Below are positions 50,248 to 59,453 of a stretch of 64,000 nt of DNA, piece by piece (the first letter of the stretch is position 1; every line of letters begins with the position of its first letter). Below the pieces are notes generated by a model. That model was given only the letters and a program-made list of their open reading frames with translations. It was not told the DNA's origin and did no database searches. The DNA is from Bacteroidales bacterium (GTDB lineage: Bacteria > Bacteroidota > Bacteroidia > Bacteroidales > JACABE01). Location: assembly GCA_049315385.1 (NCBI GenBank), contig JBMOKG010000008.1:27788-91787 (forward strand), given 5' to 3'. The position numbers were made by a program, and so were the translations under genes.

Positions 50248-53200
50248 TTATTGTAAAATCAATTTTTCTGTATGAGATTTCCCATTCGAAGTATTCACAA
50301 TATTTACAAAATAAACACCTTTTGAAAAAGATGATAAGTCAATATTTGTCAACATTTGATTTGTTCTTTGTTTTAATAACATATTTCCCACCAATGAATA
50401 GATTTTTATTTCTGCATCCGTTGTATTTTCAATTGCTATACTTAGTTTCCCATTTGTAGGATTTGGGAATAATCTGAAAGAGTTTGAATTATTTTCAATA
50501 ATTTTAGTTGTATAAATCTGAAGATCGTTGGAATCACGTGGTATCAAAACATAACCAGATAAGTACGGAGACGTTGCATCTATTTGACTTACAATACCTG
50601 TAATATTAAATGCTACTGTCGGTGCTGATTTTGCCTGTAGATTACAATTAGAAAACAATCTTAAAGTTACAGTATCAATGCCTTTCAATACAAGCACAGA
50701 AAATGTAGTAAAACCAGAAGTTGTTGGCCATCCACTCAAATAAGTAAGATTTTCCATTTTTACAAATTGAGATTCTACATTTTCAGTTAATGTAGCAACA
50801 ACTACTGGAATATGTAGACTATTTCCAGAAGATATGACAACGATAGAATCAGGAACTATTTCTGTAAGTCCGCTAACCTGAGCAATTTTACCTATTACTC
50901 TCAGTGAATCTCCTTCAACTGGGGTATAACTTAAGGTTGATGTTTTATAAACATTTATTCCTGCAGTAGCATCAAGTAAATAGAAATTCAAACCACCGGA
51001 AACTGCAGATTGTTTATAGTTCAATCCATGCACAACTCCGTTAAGTTTACAATTTACTGCAATTGAATCAGCAACACCATTACTGTTTACTGTTTTAACC
51101 TGAGCAATAGTATAAGAAACAGGTAATTTTTTTGTAGTAAAGATAATTTCGTTACCATAACCAATTCCTGCTGCAGAAATCCCATAAGCTCTTACATAGT
51201 AATTAGTGTTATTGGTTAAATTATTCAAAGTGCTGCTATACGTCCCTGTACTTCCTGAAACAACTGAAAAAGAATCTGTTATGGTTGGAATTGTATGCGT
51301 TGCCCAGCAAATACCTCTTGAGATTATAGTATCACCACCGTCACTTATTATAGTCCCTGAAACAGATGCAGAGGTGAAAGTAATTGCTGTTGCAGCAGCA
51401 GTTGTGACAACTGGCACAACTGCTGCTGCAGTTGTTTGAAAAGTTGAATCATTTCCATAAAAAGTACCCAGTGAATTAATACAATAGGCTCTATAATGGA
51501 AAACTGTATTAGCTGTTAGATTGGGGAGATTTACCGAATAAACACCAGTTGTTCCGCTTGATGTTTTTATAGAATCTATAATTGTTGGATTGGGATTAGT
51601 ACTATAACAAATTCCTCTCGAAGTAATGATACGGCCACCATCTGTTGGGATATTCCCAGAACAAACCGCAGTGTGTAACGTAATACTGGATGAAGTTCCT
51701 GTTATAATACTTGGGTTTCCATAATTTATTATTAAATCAGATATGTTTCTTGGCAAAATCTGATAGCCTGATGTGTAAGGAGAGGTTGCATCACTCTGAT
51801 TTACCAATCCTTTTATAGAAAAACTAACTGTTGCAGTTGGTGCTGCAGTTCCTTGAAGGTTACAATTGCTGTAAATTCTCAAAACAACAGTATCCATACC
51901 TTTAACAGTATAAACTGTTCTTGTATTACCTGCGGTAGTAGGCCAACCACTTAAGTAATATAAGTTATCAATTGTAACTAATTTTGATTCTACTGAATCA
52001 TAAGGTAAATTTACTGTTACTGGATTAAACAATGTATTTGCTGATGATAATACTGTCATTGAATCAGGTACGATTTCAATTAATCCATTTACTTGTGCAG
52101 TTTTTCCAATGATTCTTACTTTATCACCCTCTAGAACTGAATAGCCTAAATTTGTTGTTTTGTAAACATTTATACCCGCAGTTGAATCTAAAATAAAAAA
52201 GTTTAAACCAGTAGTTGCGTAATTCAAGCCATGAACAACACCTGTTAATTTGCAGTTCACATTTAATGAATCAGCTACACCAAGACTGTTAACTCCTTTT
52301 ACCTGTAAAATCGAATAAGATGGAATAAATATTTTTGATGTAAAACTTAATTGGTTTCCATAACCACATCCTATAGCATTGGTTGCAAAAGCTTTTACAT
52401 AATAAGTTGTACTTGGTAGTAGATTACTAATCAATGTAGAATAATTTGCTGTTGTTCCTGTTTGAAACCTAACTGTATCAAGGATAGTAGGATTTGAAAG
52501 TATGCTATAACAAACACCTTTAGTTAAAATAGTGCTTCCTCCATCATTGACAACCTTTGATACAACATTTGCAGTAAAAGTAGAAATATTATTAACTGAA
52601 TCTGTAGTTAGTATTGGAATAACAGCTGTTGCTGAAGTAAAAAATACTGAATCAGCACCATAAGCAACACCTGTAGAATTTCTTGCATAAGCTCTGTAGT
52701 GATAATTAGTTCCGAAACTTAGACCAATGAGGTTGCTACTGAAACTTCCAGTAGTACCTGTTTCAAGTGTATGACTTGCTGATGTATCCGGATTTATAAT
52801 TGTTGCGTAACAGATTCCTCTCGCTGTAATTGTCGTGCCTCCGGTAGCTGTTATATTTCCACTACATACGGCAGTTGTCATAGTAATATTTGTAGCAGAA
52901 GAAGTAAGAACTGTTGGTGAAGAATAATTAATTGACAGATCACTTAAATACCTTGGGTAAAGTGTATAAGATTGAAGATAAGGTGAAGAAGCATCATTTT
53001 GAGAAACAAGACCTGTAATATTGAAATTTGTTGTTGGTGCAGCGGTTCCCTGTAAATTACAACTGGAATGAATTATAATTATTAAACTATCTGCTCCATT
53101 TAATGTATAAACTGTTTTTGTAGTTCCGGCAGTAGTAGGCCATCCACTTAAGTAAATCAGATTATTAAGTTTAACCAGTTTTGATTCAATAGAATCTGTA

Positions 53201-56055
53201 AGACTATTAACTATCGAAGGAATTTGTAAGGTGTTTAAAGTAGATATTAAAACTATAGAATCAGGTATGATTTCAATTAATCCATTTACCTGTGCAATTT
53301 TACCAATGACTCTAACTTTATTACCTTCTGTAGGTGTATAATTTAATGAAGATGTTTTATAAACATTGATTCCGGATGTGGAATCTAAAATATAGAAATT
53401 ATAACCTGAGGTAGCATAATTCAATCCATGGACTATTCCTGTTAATTTACAATTTATATTTAATGAATCTGATACTCCAAGACTATTAATTCCTTTAACT
53501 TTTTGAATTGAATAAGCTGGAATAAATAATTTAGTGGTGAAGCTAATCATATTTCCATAAGCAGTTCCGGCCGAATTTGTAGCAAAAGCTTTTGTATAAT
53601 AAATTGTATTTGATAAAAGATTTCCTATCGTATCAATATAAGCACCAGTTGTTCCCGTTTGATAATTAATTGAATCAAGAATGGTTGGATTATTGATTGT
53701 ACTCCAGCAAACTCCTCTTGAAATAACAGTAGCACCTCCATCATTTATAACTTTTGAAGCTATTGTTGCATTATAAATACCAATATTAAAAACCGAGTCT
53801 GTTGTAAGTAAGGGTGTAACGGGATTAGCAGCAGTTGTAAATATTGAATCAGCGCCATAAGCAATACCTGTTGTATTTTTTGCATAAGCTCTGAAATGAT
53901 ATAAAGTCGCTGTTGAAAGTCCGCTTAAAGAACTATTAAAAACTCCTGTAGTACCGGTTTCTGTAGTATGGATTGAAGAAGTATCAGGATTGGCTGATGT
54001 TGAATAACAAATTCCACGAGCAGTTATAGCAGATCCTCCGTTAGCTGTGACATTACCACTACAGATAGCAGTAGTCATTGATATATTGGTTGCTGTTGTA
54101 GTAATAACTGTTGGAATTGTATAGTTTATTGAAAAATCTGACAAATATCTAGGATACACCATATATCCCTGCAAATAAGGTGAAGAGGCATCGCTTTGAG
54201 TAGCAATCCCGGTAATATTAAACGAAGCTGTTGGTGCTGTTGTACCCTGAATGTTACAGGAAGAATAGATAATAATACTAACGCTATCAGTACCATGTAA
54301 AGCATAAACAGTTTTTGTTGTACCCACTGTAGTCGGCCATCCGCTCAAATACGTCAGGTTGTTTATTTTAACTAATTTAGATTCTACAGTATCTGAAAGA
54401 TTATTAATAACAATAGGATTCTGTAAAGTGATTCCTGATGATATTTTAACGATTGAATCAGGAGCGATATAAATAAGTCCATTACTTTGTTGTGTTTTCC
54501 CGATAACTCTTAAAGAATCGCCTTCAGCAACAGTGTATCCTAATGAAGAAGTTTTATATACAAATATACCTTCATTATTATTCATCATATAAAAAGAATA
54601 TCCTGTAGTAATATAATTTAAACCGTGAACAACACCAGACAATTTACAGTTAACAGCAAGTGAATCAGCTACACCAGTTATTGGGTTAATCGAATGTATT
54701 TGAGAAATTGAATAAGTAGGAATAAATATCAATGTAGCAAAACTCACATCATTGCCATAACTTGTACCTACTGAATTTGTTGCAAAAGCTCTAATATGAT
54801 ATGTAGTGTTTTGAAGTAGATTTGAAATAGTATAAGTGTATATTCCAGTAGTGCCACTTACAATATTTACACTGTCAGTTAAAGTTGGATTAGAAATTGT
54901 GCTTCTACAAAAACCTCTTGAAGTGATAGCAGTACCTCCATCATTTATTATATTACCAGAAAAAGTTGCAGACCAATTAGAAATATTTGAAACTGAATTG
55001 GTTGTTATAAGAGGCAAAACAGCTGATGTGGCAGTTGAAAATACAGAATCTGCACCATAAGCAGTTCCTGAACCATTGGTTGCATAAGCTCTGTAATGAT
55101 ATGTTTTCCCCATTAATAATCCTGAAAGATTACTTGAAAAACTACCTAAACTACCTGTTTCTGAAGTGAATAAATTCGTAAGACCTGGATTAGCAAGTGT
55201 ATCATAACAAATTCCTCTTGCTGTAATTGCAGAACCACCGTTAGTAATAATATTACCGTTAACTGTTGCAAAATTTGTAGTAATATTGGATGGTGTTCCG
55301 GTTGATAAAATTGGAGTCGTTAAAAAGCCCACAGCATTGTACCATGTGTTTGCAATTCTTATTTCATCAACATTTAAATAAGTTGTATTTGTAGAAGTTC
55401 CTTGTCTTAATGCAAAAGAATATGCAGAATCGAGATCTGTTGAAGTAATGTCTGTTGCTTTTATTGTAGGTAAACCTTCCTCTGTAATACCAGGATTTAT
55501 AAATAATGATACACTATCATTTGCCGTGCCACTAACAAACTTATATTTTATTACTAATAAAAAAGTAGAATCAATAGAATATGTAGCAGCAGAATAAACT
55601 GTATTAGCAGATGTACTTCCTTTCAGAATTCCAAATGAAATTAATGAAGGATTCGTAGTGCTTTTTTTCACATAAACTCTTGCAGCAAAATTTGTTGTAT
55701 TTCTTAAAAAGTGCATAAAATATTCACCGGTAGTTATTGCCGAGTCAATTTTTACTAATGCTGATGCATAAATTGTACCACTATTTTGGCCTGTAAATGT
55801 CCGGTTAATGTCTTGGCCAGTATTCATTAAATACGCCTTATTTCCAACAGATACAGGGTATTGAGGATAGTTTAACGATCCGTTTTTTATAAGTACAGAA
55901 TTTACACCTGTACTATGAATTTGCCAGCCGTGTGTACTTAAAGTATCTCCAGCAGTATAATCAAAGTGTTCATTCAGAAATACTGTTTGAGCATGAACAG
56001 TAAATGTAAACATGGCCATAAATACAACTAAAATTGTAAAAATAATTTTTTTCAT
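50248..56055 (-). CDS. giant (1935 aa) repetitive T9SS-secreted surface protein
   Basis: Signal peptide ending VHAQT, a unique ~225-aa N-domain, four ~400-aa tandem super-repeats, and a T9SS CTD (FRLFPNPTNGKLSIAI...GVYFVNIV...KLILQ). Confidence 0.9.
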   Translation of the reverse strand: MKKIIFTILVVFMAMFTFTVHAQTVFLNEHFDYTAGDTLSTHGWQIHSTGVNSVLIKNGSLNYPQYPVSVGNKAYLMNTGQDINRTFTGQNSGTIYASALVKIDSAITTGEYFMHFLRNTTNFAARVYVKKSTTNPSLISFGILKGSTSANTVYSAATYSIDSTFLLVIKYKFVSGTANDSVSLFINPGITEEGLPTIKATDITSTDLDSAYSFALRQGTSTNTTYLNVDEIRIANTWYNAVGFLTTPILSTGTPSNITTNFATVNGNIITNGGSAITARGICYDTLANPGLTNLFTSETGSLGSFSSNLSGLLMGKTYHYRAYATNGSGTAYGADSVFSTATSAVLPLITTNSVSNISNWSATFSGNIINDGGTAITSRGFCRSTISNPTLTDSVNIVSGTTGIYTYTISNLLQNTTYHIRAFATNSVGTSYGNDVSFATLIFIPTYSISQIHSINPITGVADSLAVNCKLSGVVHGLNYITTGYSFYMMNNNEGIFVYKTSSLGYTVAEGDSLRVIGKTQQSNGLIYIAPDSIVKISSGITLQNPIVINNLSDTVESKLVKINNLTYLSGWPTTVGTTKTVYALHGTDSVSIIIYSSCNIQGTTAPTASFNITGIATQSDASSPYLQGYMVYPRYLSDFSINYTIPTVITTTATNISMTTAICSGNVTANGGSAITARGICYSTSANPDTSSIHTTETGTTGVFNSSLSGLSTATLYHFRAYAKNTTGIAYGADSIFTTAANPVTPLLTTDSVFNIGIYNATIASKVINDGGATVISRGVCWSTINNPTILDSINYQTGTTGAYIDTIGNLLSNTIYYTKAFATNSAGTAYGNMISFTTKLFIPAYSIQKVKGINSLGVSDSLNINCKLTGIVHGLNYATSGYNFYILDSTSGINVYKTSSLNYTPTEGNKVRVIGKIAQVNGLIEIIPDSIVLISTLNTLQIPSIVNSLTDSIESKLVKLNNLIYLSGWPTTAGTTKTVYTLNGADSLIIIIHSSCNLQGTAAPTTNFNITGLVSQNDASSPYLQSYTLYPRYLSDLSINYSSPTVLTSSATNITMTTAVCSGNITATGGTTITARGICYATIINPDTSASHTLETGTTGSFSSNLIGLSFGTNYHYRAYARNSTGVAYGADSVFFTSATAVIPILTTDSVNNISTFTANVVSKVVNDGGSTILTKGVCYSILSNPTILDTVRFQTGTTANYSTLISNLLPSTTYYVKAFATNAIGCGYGNQLSFTSKIFIPSYSILQVKGVNSLGVADSLNVNCKLTGVVHGLNYATTGLNFFILDSTAGINVYKTTNLGYSVLEGDKVRIIGKTAQVNGLIEIVPDSMTVLSSANTLFNPVTVNLPYDSVESKLVTIDNLYYLSGWPTTAGNTRTVYTVKGMDTVVLRIYSNCNLQGTAAPTATVSFSIKGLVNQSDATSPYTSGYQILPRNISDLIINYGNPSIITGTSSSITLHTAVCSGNIPTDGGRIITSRGICYSTNPNPTIIDSIKTSSGTTGVYSVNLPNLTANTVFHYRAYCINSLGTFYGNDSTFQTTAAAVVPVVTTAAATAITFTSASVSGTIISDGGDTIISRGICWATHTIPTITDSFSVVSGSTGTYSSTLNNLTNNTNYYVRAYGISAAGIGYGNEIIFTTKKLPVSYTIAQVKTVNSNGVADSIAVNCKLNGVVHGLNYKQSAVSGGLNFYLLDATAGINVYKTSTLSYTPVEGDSLRVIGKIAQVSGLTEIVPDSIVVISSGNSLHIPVVVATLTENVESQFVKMENLTYLSGWPTTSGFTTFSVLVLKGIDTVTLRLFSNCNLQAKSAPTVAFNITGIVSQIDATSPYLSGYVLIPRDSNDLQIYTTKIIENNSNSFRLFPNPTNGKLSIAIENTTDAEIKIYSLVGNMLLKQRTNQMLTNIDLSSFSKGVYFVNIVNTSNGKSHTEKLILQ
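50509..55317. repeat. four ~1.2-kb tandem coding repeats inside the giant gene
   Basis: Protein periodicity is 399-403 aa: the Y(S/T)I landmark falls at aa 448, 848, 1247 and 1648. Approximate unit boundaries are 55317/54117/52920/51717/50509. Confidence 0.85.
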
Positions 56056-56532
56056 AAGAAAATAAATAATTTGTGAATTAATAAATTAACTTACAAATAT
56101 CAGAATTATTTTGATTGAAATTACATCAAAAATTTATAATATTATAATTTCATACATAAAATAAAAAATTTTATACAATTTAGATTTTAATGTTACAAAA
56201 TGACATTAAAACGATTTAGAACATTAATGTTACTGAATATTTTCAAACTGTATAATACTTTAATTACAGAACTAATTTTATTTAAAATATTATTAGATTT
56301 TATTGCTTTATTATCTGTAATTTCAAGAACTTATGATTTGCAAAAAAACTTAGTTGTTGATTTTTACAACAGATGTTTAATTTCTTTACACTTTCATATT
56401 TATCACACCCTAAGGATATAACATATTTTTCAGATATTACATGTAGAATTTTTAAACACTTTCCGATTAATTAGTCTTATTATTAATTTACTTTATCACT
56501 GTATTACTGCACTTTACAAACTTTTATTTTGT

Positions 56533-56547
56533 TGGCATGAAAATTGA
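56533..56547 (+). promoter_or_regulatory. candidate sigma-54 (-24/-12) promoter
   Basis: TGGCATgaaaaTTGA versus consensus TGGCAC-N5-TTGC. The GG-to-G spacing is correct, with two deviations (C to T at -22, C to A at -12). It lies 38 nt upstream of the ATG at 56585, and an NtrC-type activator is encoded in the locus. Confidence 0.55.
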
Positions 56548-56584
56548 ATATTAGTTTTTACAAACAAATTAAAAACTTAAAATC

Positions 56585-57274
56585 ATGGTAATCCTAATTT
56601 TTATAGCATTTATAGTGGCATGTTTCACAGTGGATGCGATCGTTCGGTATAGTAGAAAAAATAAATCAAGAATTTCTGCTTTAGTTTCAGATTCATTAAA
56701 TGTTTTTAATGAAAATTCAGTAACAATTCCAAAAGGTATTTATTTCGACAAGTCTCATACCTGGGCATTTATGGAAAAGAATGGCTTCGTTAAAATCGGA
56801 ATTGATGATTTCTTTCTTCATATTACAGGTCCTTTGAGTCGTTTAATAATGAAAAATCAAGGAGATAAAATTCAAAAAGGTGAAGCTATATTAACAATTG
56901 TTCAAAATGGGAAACAGTTGATTATTAATGCTCCTATTTCAGGAACCGTTAAATCCAGGAACATTCAACTTGAAGCAGATCCCTCAATTTTAAATCTATC
57001 CCCTTATAATGATGGATGGTTTTATACAATTGAGCCTTCAGATTGGTTAAGAGATACACAATTTCTATTTATGGCAGATAAATATAAGGAATGGCTGAAA
57101 AATGAATTCGCAAGACTTAAAGATTTTCTTGCCATAAACATTCAAACCAGAAATGCAGAGTTTGTTCCAGTAATGCTTCAGGATGGAGGAGAACTAAAAG
57201 ACAATGTCCTTGAAGATTTTGGACCTGAAGTATGGGAGGAATTTCAAATAAAATTCATAAACACTTCCAAATAA
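56585..57274 (+). CDS. membrane-anchored GcvH-like (glycine-cleavage H-fold) protein, paralogue 1
   Basis: N-terminal TM helix followed by RYSRKNKSR. GcvH motifs SHTWAF, KIGIDDF, APISGTV and SPYNDGWFYTIEPSD. A ~70-aa C-terminal extension is shared with paralogue 2. Confidence 0.75.
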   Translation: MVILIFIAFIVACFTVDAIVRYSRKNKSRISALVSDSLNVFNENSVTIPKGIYFDKSHTWAFMEKNGFVKIGIDDFFLHITGPLSRLIMKNQGDKIQKGEAILTIVQNGKQLIINAPISGTVKSRNIQLEADPSILNLSPYNDGWFYTIEPSDWLRDTQFLFMADKYKEWLKNEFARLKDFLAINIQTRNAEFVPVMLQDGGELKDNVLEDFGPEVWEEFQIKFINTSK

Positions 57275-57318
57275 ATACAATTCAAACTCGGTCTTATAAA
57301 TATTAAATACTTGTAATT

Positions 57319-58185
57319 ATGAGTTTAAATAGAAGAGAGTTTTTAAAAACTGCTGGAGTTGTTGGGATTTCACTTACAGTAGGTAATAGTTTTGCTGCTG
57401 TAAAAAATAAAGAGGCAGATGTTGAATTCCGAGGAATGCTCTATGATTCTTCGAGATGTGTCGGTTGTCAGACTTGTGAAAATGTTTGCGCAGAGGCTAA
57501 CAAATTATCACCACCTGTAGGCGAACCTAAAACCGGGATTATCAGAAAAACAGATGAAAAGCATAATACAACCGTAAATTGTTATAAAACATCAAAAGGT
57601 GATGTTTTTATAAAAACTCAGTGCATGCATTGCAATGAACCTGCCTGTGCAGCAGCTTGTCTGACCAAAGCAATGTATAAAACAAAGGAAGGACCAGTTA
57701 TCTGGCGAGCTGATAAATGTATGGGATGTCGCTATTGTATGGTTTCATGCCCTTTTGATATACCAAAATTTGAATACCATAGTGCAAATCCAAAGATTCA
57801 AAAGTGTTCAATGTGTTTTGATAAATTAAAAAAAGGAGGAATTCCATTTTGTGCTGAAAATTGTCCAGCAGAAGCCATTAAATTCGGAACACGTCGTGAA
57901 TTAATCAAAGAAGCAAGGAAAAGAATTGTTGAAAACCCCGGAACTTATATTGATGAAATTTATGGAGAACATACAGCTGGAGGAACTGGATTTTTATATA
58001 TTTCTTCAGTTCCATTCAATGAACTTGGATTGAATAATAAACTTCAAAATAAATCCTATCCTGAATTATCGAAAGGATTTTTATTTAGCGTACCAACAGT
58101 ATTCGTGCTTTTACCGCCAATTTTATTAGGAATTTATGAAGCCACTAAAAAAAAACAACTCCATGAAAACGATGAAAATATATAA
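57319..58185 (+). CDS. Tat-exported HybA/NrfC/DsrO-like 4x[4Fe-4S] ferredoxin subunit
   Basis: Twin-arginine signal NRREFLKTAG. Four Cys clusters (CVGCQTCENVC, CMHCNEPACAAAC, CMGCRYCMVSCP, CSMC...CAENCP). C-terminal TM anchor. Confidence 0.85.
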   Translation: MSLNRREFLKTAGVVGISLTVGNSFAAVKNKEADVEFRGMLYDSSRCVGCQTCENVCAEANKLSPPVGEPKTGIIRKTDEKHNTTVNCYKTSKGDVFIKTQCMHCNEPACAAACLTKAMYKTKEGPVIWRADKCMGCRYCMVSCPFDIPKFEYHSANPKIQKCSMCFDKLKKGGIPFCAENCPAEAIKFGTRRELIKEARKRIVENPGTYIDEIYGEHTAGGTGFLYISSVPFNELGLNNKLQNKSYPELSKGFLFSVPTVFVLLPPILLGIYEATKKKQLHENDENI

Positions 58186-59407
58186 TCAGGAATTACCACT
58201 TTCTCCAGATAATAGAAATCTTTCTACTTTTAAGTTTATAATGAGTGAACTCAAACCAAAGGGTAAATTGATAACTCCGTTTAATTTAATTTCAATTCCA
58301 ATAATTATTTTAGGTGTAGTGTTGATTGTTATTCGTTTTATTAATGGTATAGGTTCTGTTACAAATCTAACACAGGAAGTACCATGGGGATTATGGATTG
58401 GATTTGATGTAGTTACAGGAGTAGCATTTGCTGGTGGAGCTTATGTTCTGACATTTATGGTTTATATACTAAATATGCAGAAATACCATTCTATTGTGAG
58501 GGTTACGGTTTTAAATGGATTTCTGGCCTATGTATTTTATGCAGGAGCTTTACTTCTGGATTTGGGTCGCCCGTGGAATGTAATCAATCCTATCATCGGA
58601 AATAGTTTTGGAACTAGTTCTGTTTTATTTCTGGTTGCTTGGCATTTTTTACTATATATGATAGCAGAATTAATTGAGTTTTCTCCTGCAATAGCTGAAT
58701 GGCTGGGTGCAAAACGAATTCACAAATTTCTTTCGGGAATGACAATTGCAGCAGTCATTTTTGGAATAACGTTATCTACTTTGCATCAATCAGGATTGGG
58801 AGCATTGTATCTGATGGCTAAAGATAAAATCCATCCTTTATGGTATTCTGAATTTATACCTGTTCTGTTTTTAATATCAAGTGTTTTTGCAGGCCTATCG
58901 ATGGTAATATTCGAAGGGTCCATTAGCCATAAAGTGTTCTTTAATCAAATAAGTAAAAAAAACCATGAAGCTCAGAAAGGAATTGTTTTGGGACTGGCTA
59001 AAATATGTGCAGCAGCAATGTTTGCATACTTTTTTATGCAATTACTGGTTTTCATTCATGGAAAACGCTGGGACTTATTAAATACATCAATGGGTTATTG
59101 GTATTTACTGGAAATGTTTGGTTTTGTACTTCTTCCGATGATGCTTTATGTGTACAGCTATAAAATGAAGAATATTACATTGGTCAAAGTTGCGGCTATT
59201 ATAACTATGCTAGGAATTATTTTAAACCGTTTAAATGTTACTGTTATTGGATTTCGTTGGGATGCTGCCATTCGGTATTTTCCAACATGGATGGAATTTG
59301 TTGTCACATTAACTGTTATTTTTACTGAAATCTGGATATTCAGATGGGTTATTAACCGTATGCCTGTTTTAAGAGATTCCCTGGAATGGGTCAATGAAAA
59401 AAATTAA
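58136..59407 (+). CDS. NrfD/HybB/PsrC-like polytopic quinone-interacting membrane subunit
   Basis: About 10 TM helices directly after the FeS subunit. The track ORF overlaps the upstream gene by 50 nt. The probable true start is the ATG at 58241 (MSELKPKGKLITPFNLISIPIIILG), which resembles the HybB N-terminus. Confidence 0.8.
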   Translation: MKPLKKNNSMKTMKIYNQELPLSPDNRNLSTFKFIMSELKPKGKLITPFNLISIPIIILGVVLIVIRFINGIGSVTNLTQEVPWGLWIGFDVVTGVAFAGGAYVLTFMVYILNMQKYHSIVRVTVLNGFLAYVFYAGALLLDLGRPWNVINPIIGNSFGTSSVLFLVAWHFLLYMIAELIEFSPAIAEWLGAKRIHKFLSGMTIAAVIFGITLSTLHQSGLGALYLMAKDKIHPLWYSEFIPVLFLISSVFAGLSMVIFEGSISHKVFFNQISKKNHEAQKGIVLGLAKICAAAMFAYFFMQLLVFIHGKRWDLLNTSMGYWYLLEMFGFVLLPMMLYVYSYKMKNITLVKVAAIITMLGIILNRLNVTVIGFRWDAAIRYFPTWMEFVVTLTVIFTEIWIFRWVINRMPVLRDSLEWVNEKN

Positions 59408-59453
59408 ATTAATAAGCATTTTGAATTTATGGAAAACACAAAAATAAGAAAAC

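Noticed and set aside
51206-55060. Plus-strand ORFs 51206-51439 and 54836-55060.
   Set aside because: They are antisense to the giant repetitive T9SS gene. Their Val/Thr/Ala-rich translations mirror the repeat.
56200-56421. 73-aa plus-strand ORF in the 529-bp control region.
   Set aside because: The translation is AT-driven and low-complexity (Leu/Ile/Phe). It has no plausible promoter spacing and sits upstream of the sigma-54-like promoter. It is most likely non-coding regulatory DNA.
58136-58240. 50-nt overlap between the HybA-like stop and the NrfD-like track start.
   Set aside because: The first 35 codons are hydrophilic and unlike HybB/NrfD N-termini. The ATG at 58241 gives a HybB-like start. 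I kept the track coordinates in the feature list and flagged the uncertainty there.
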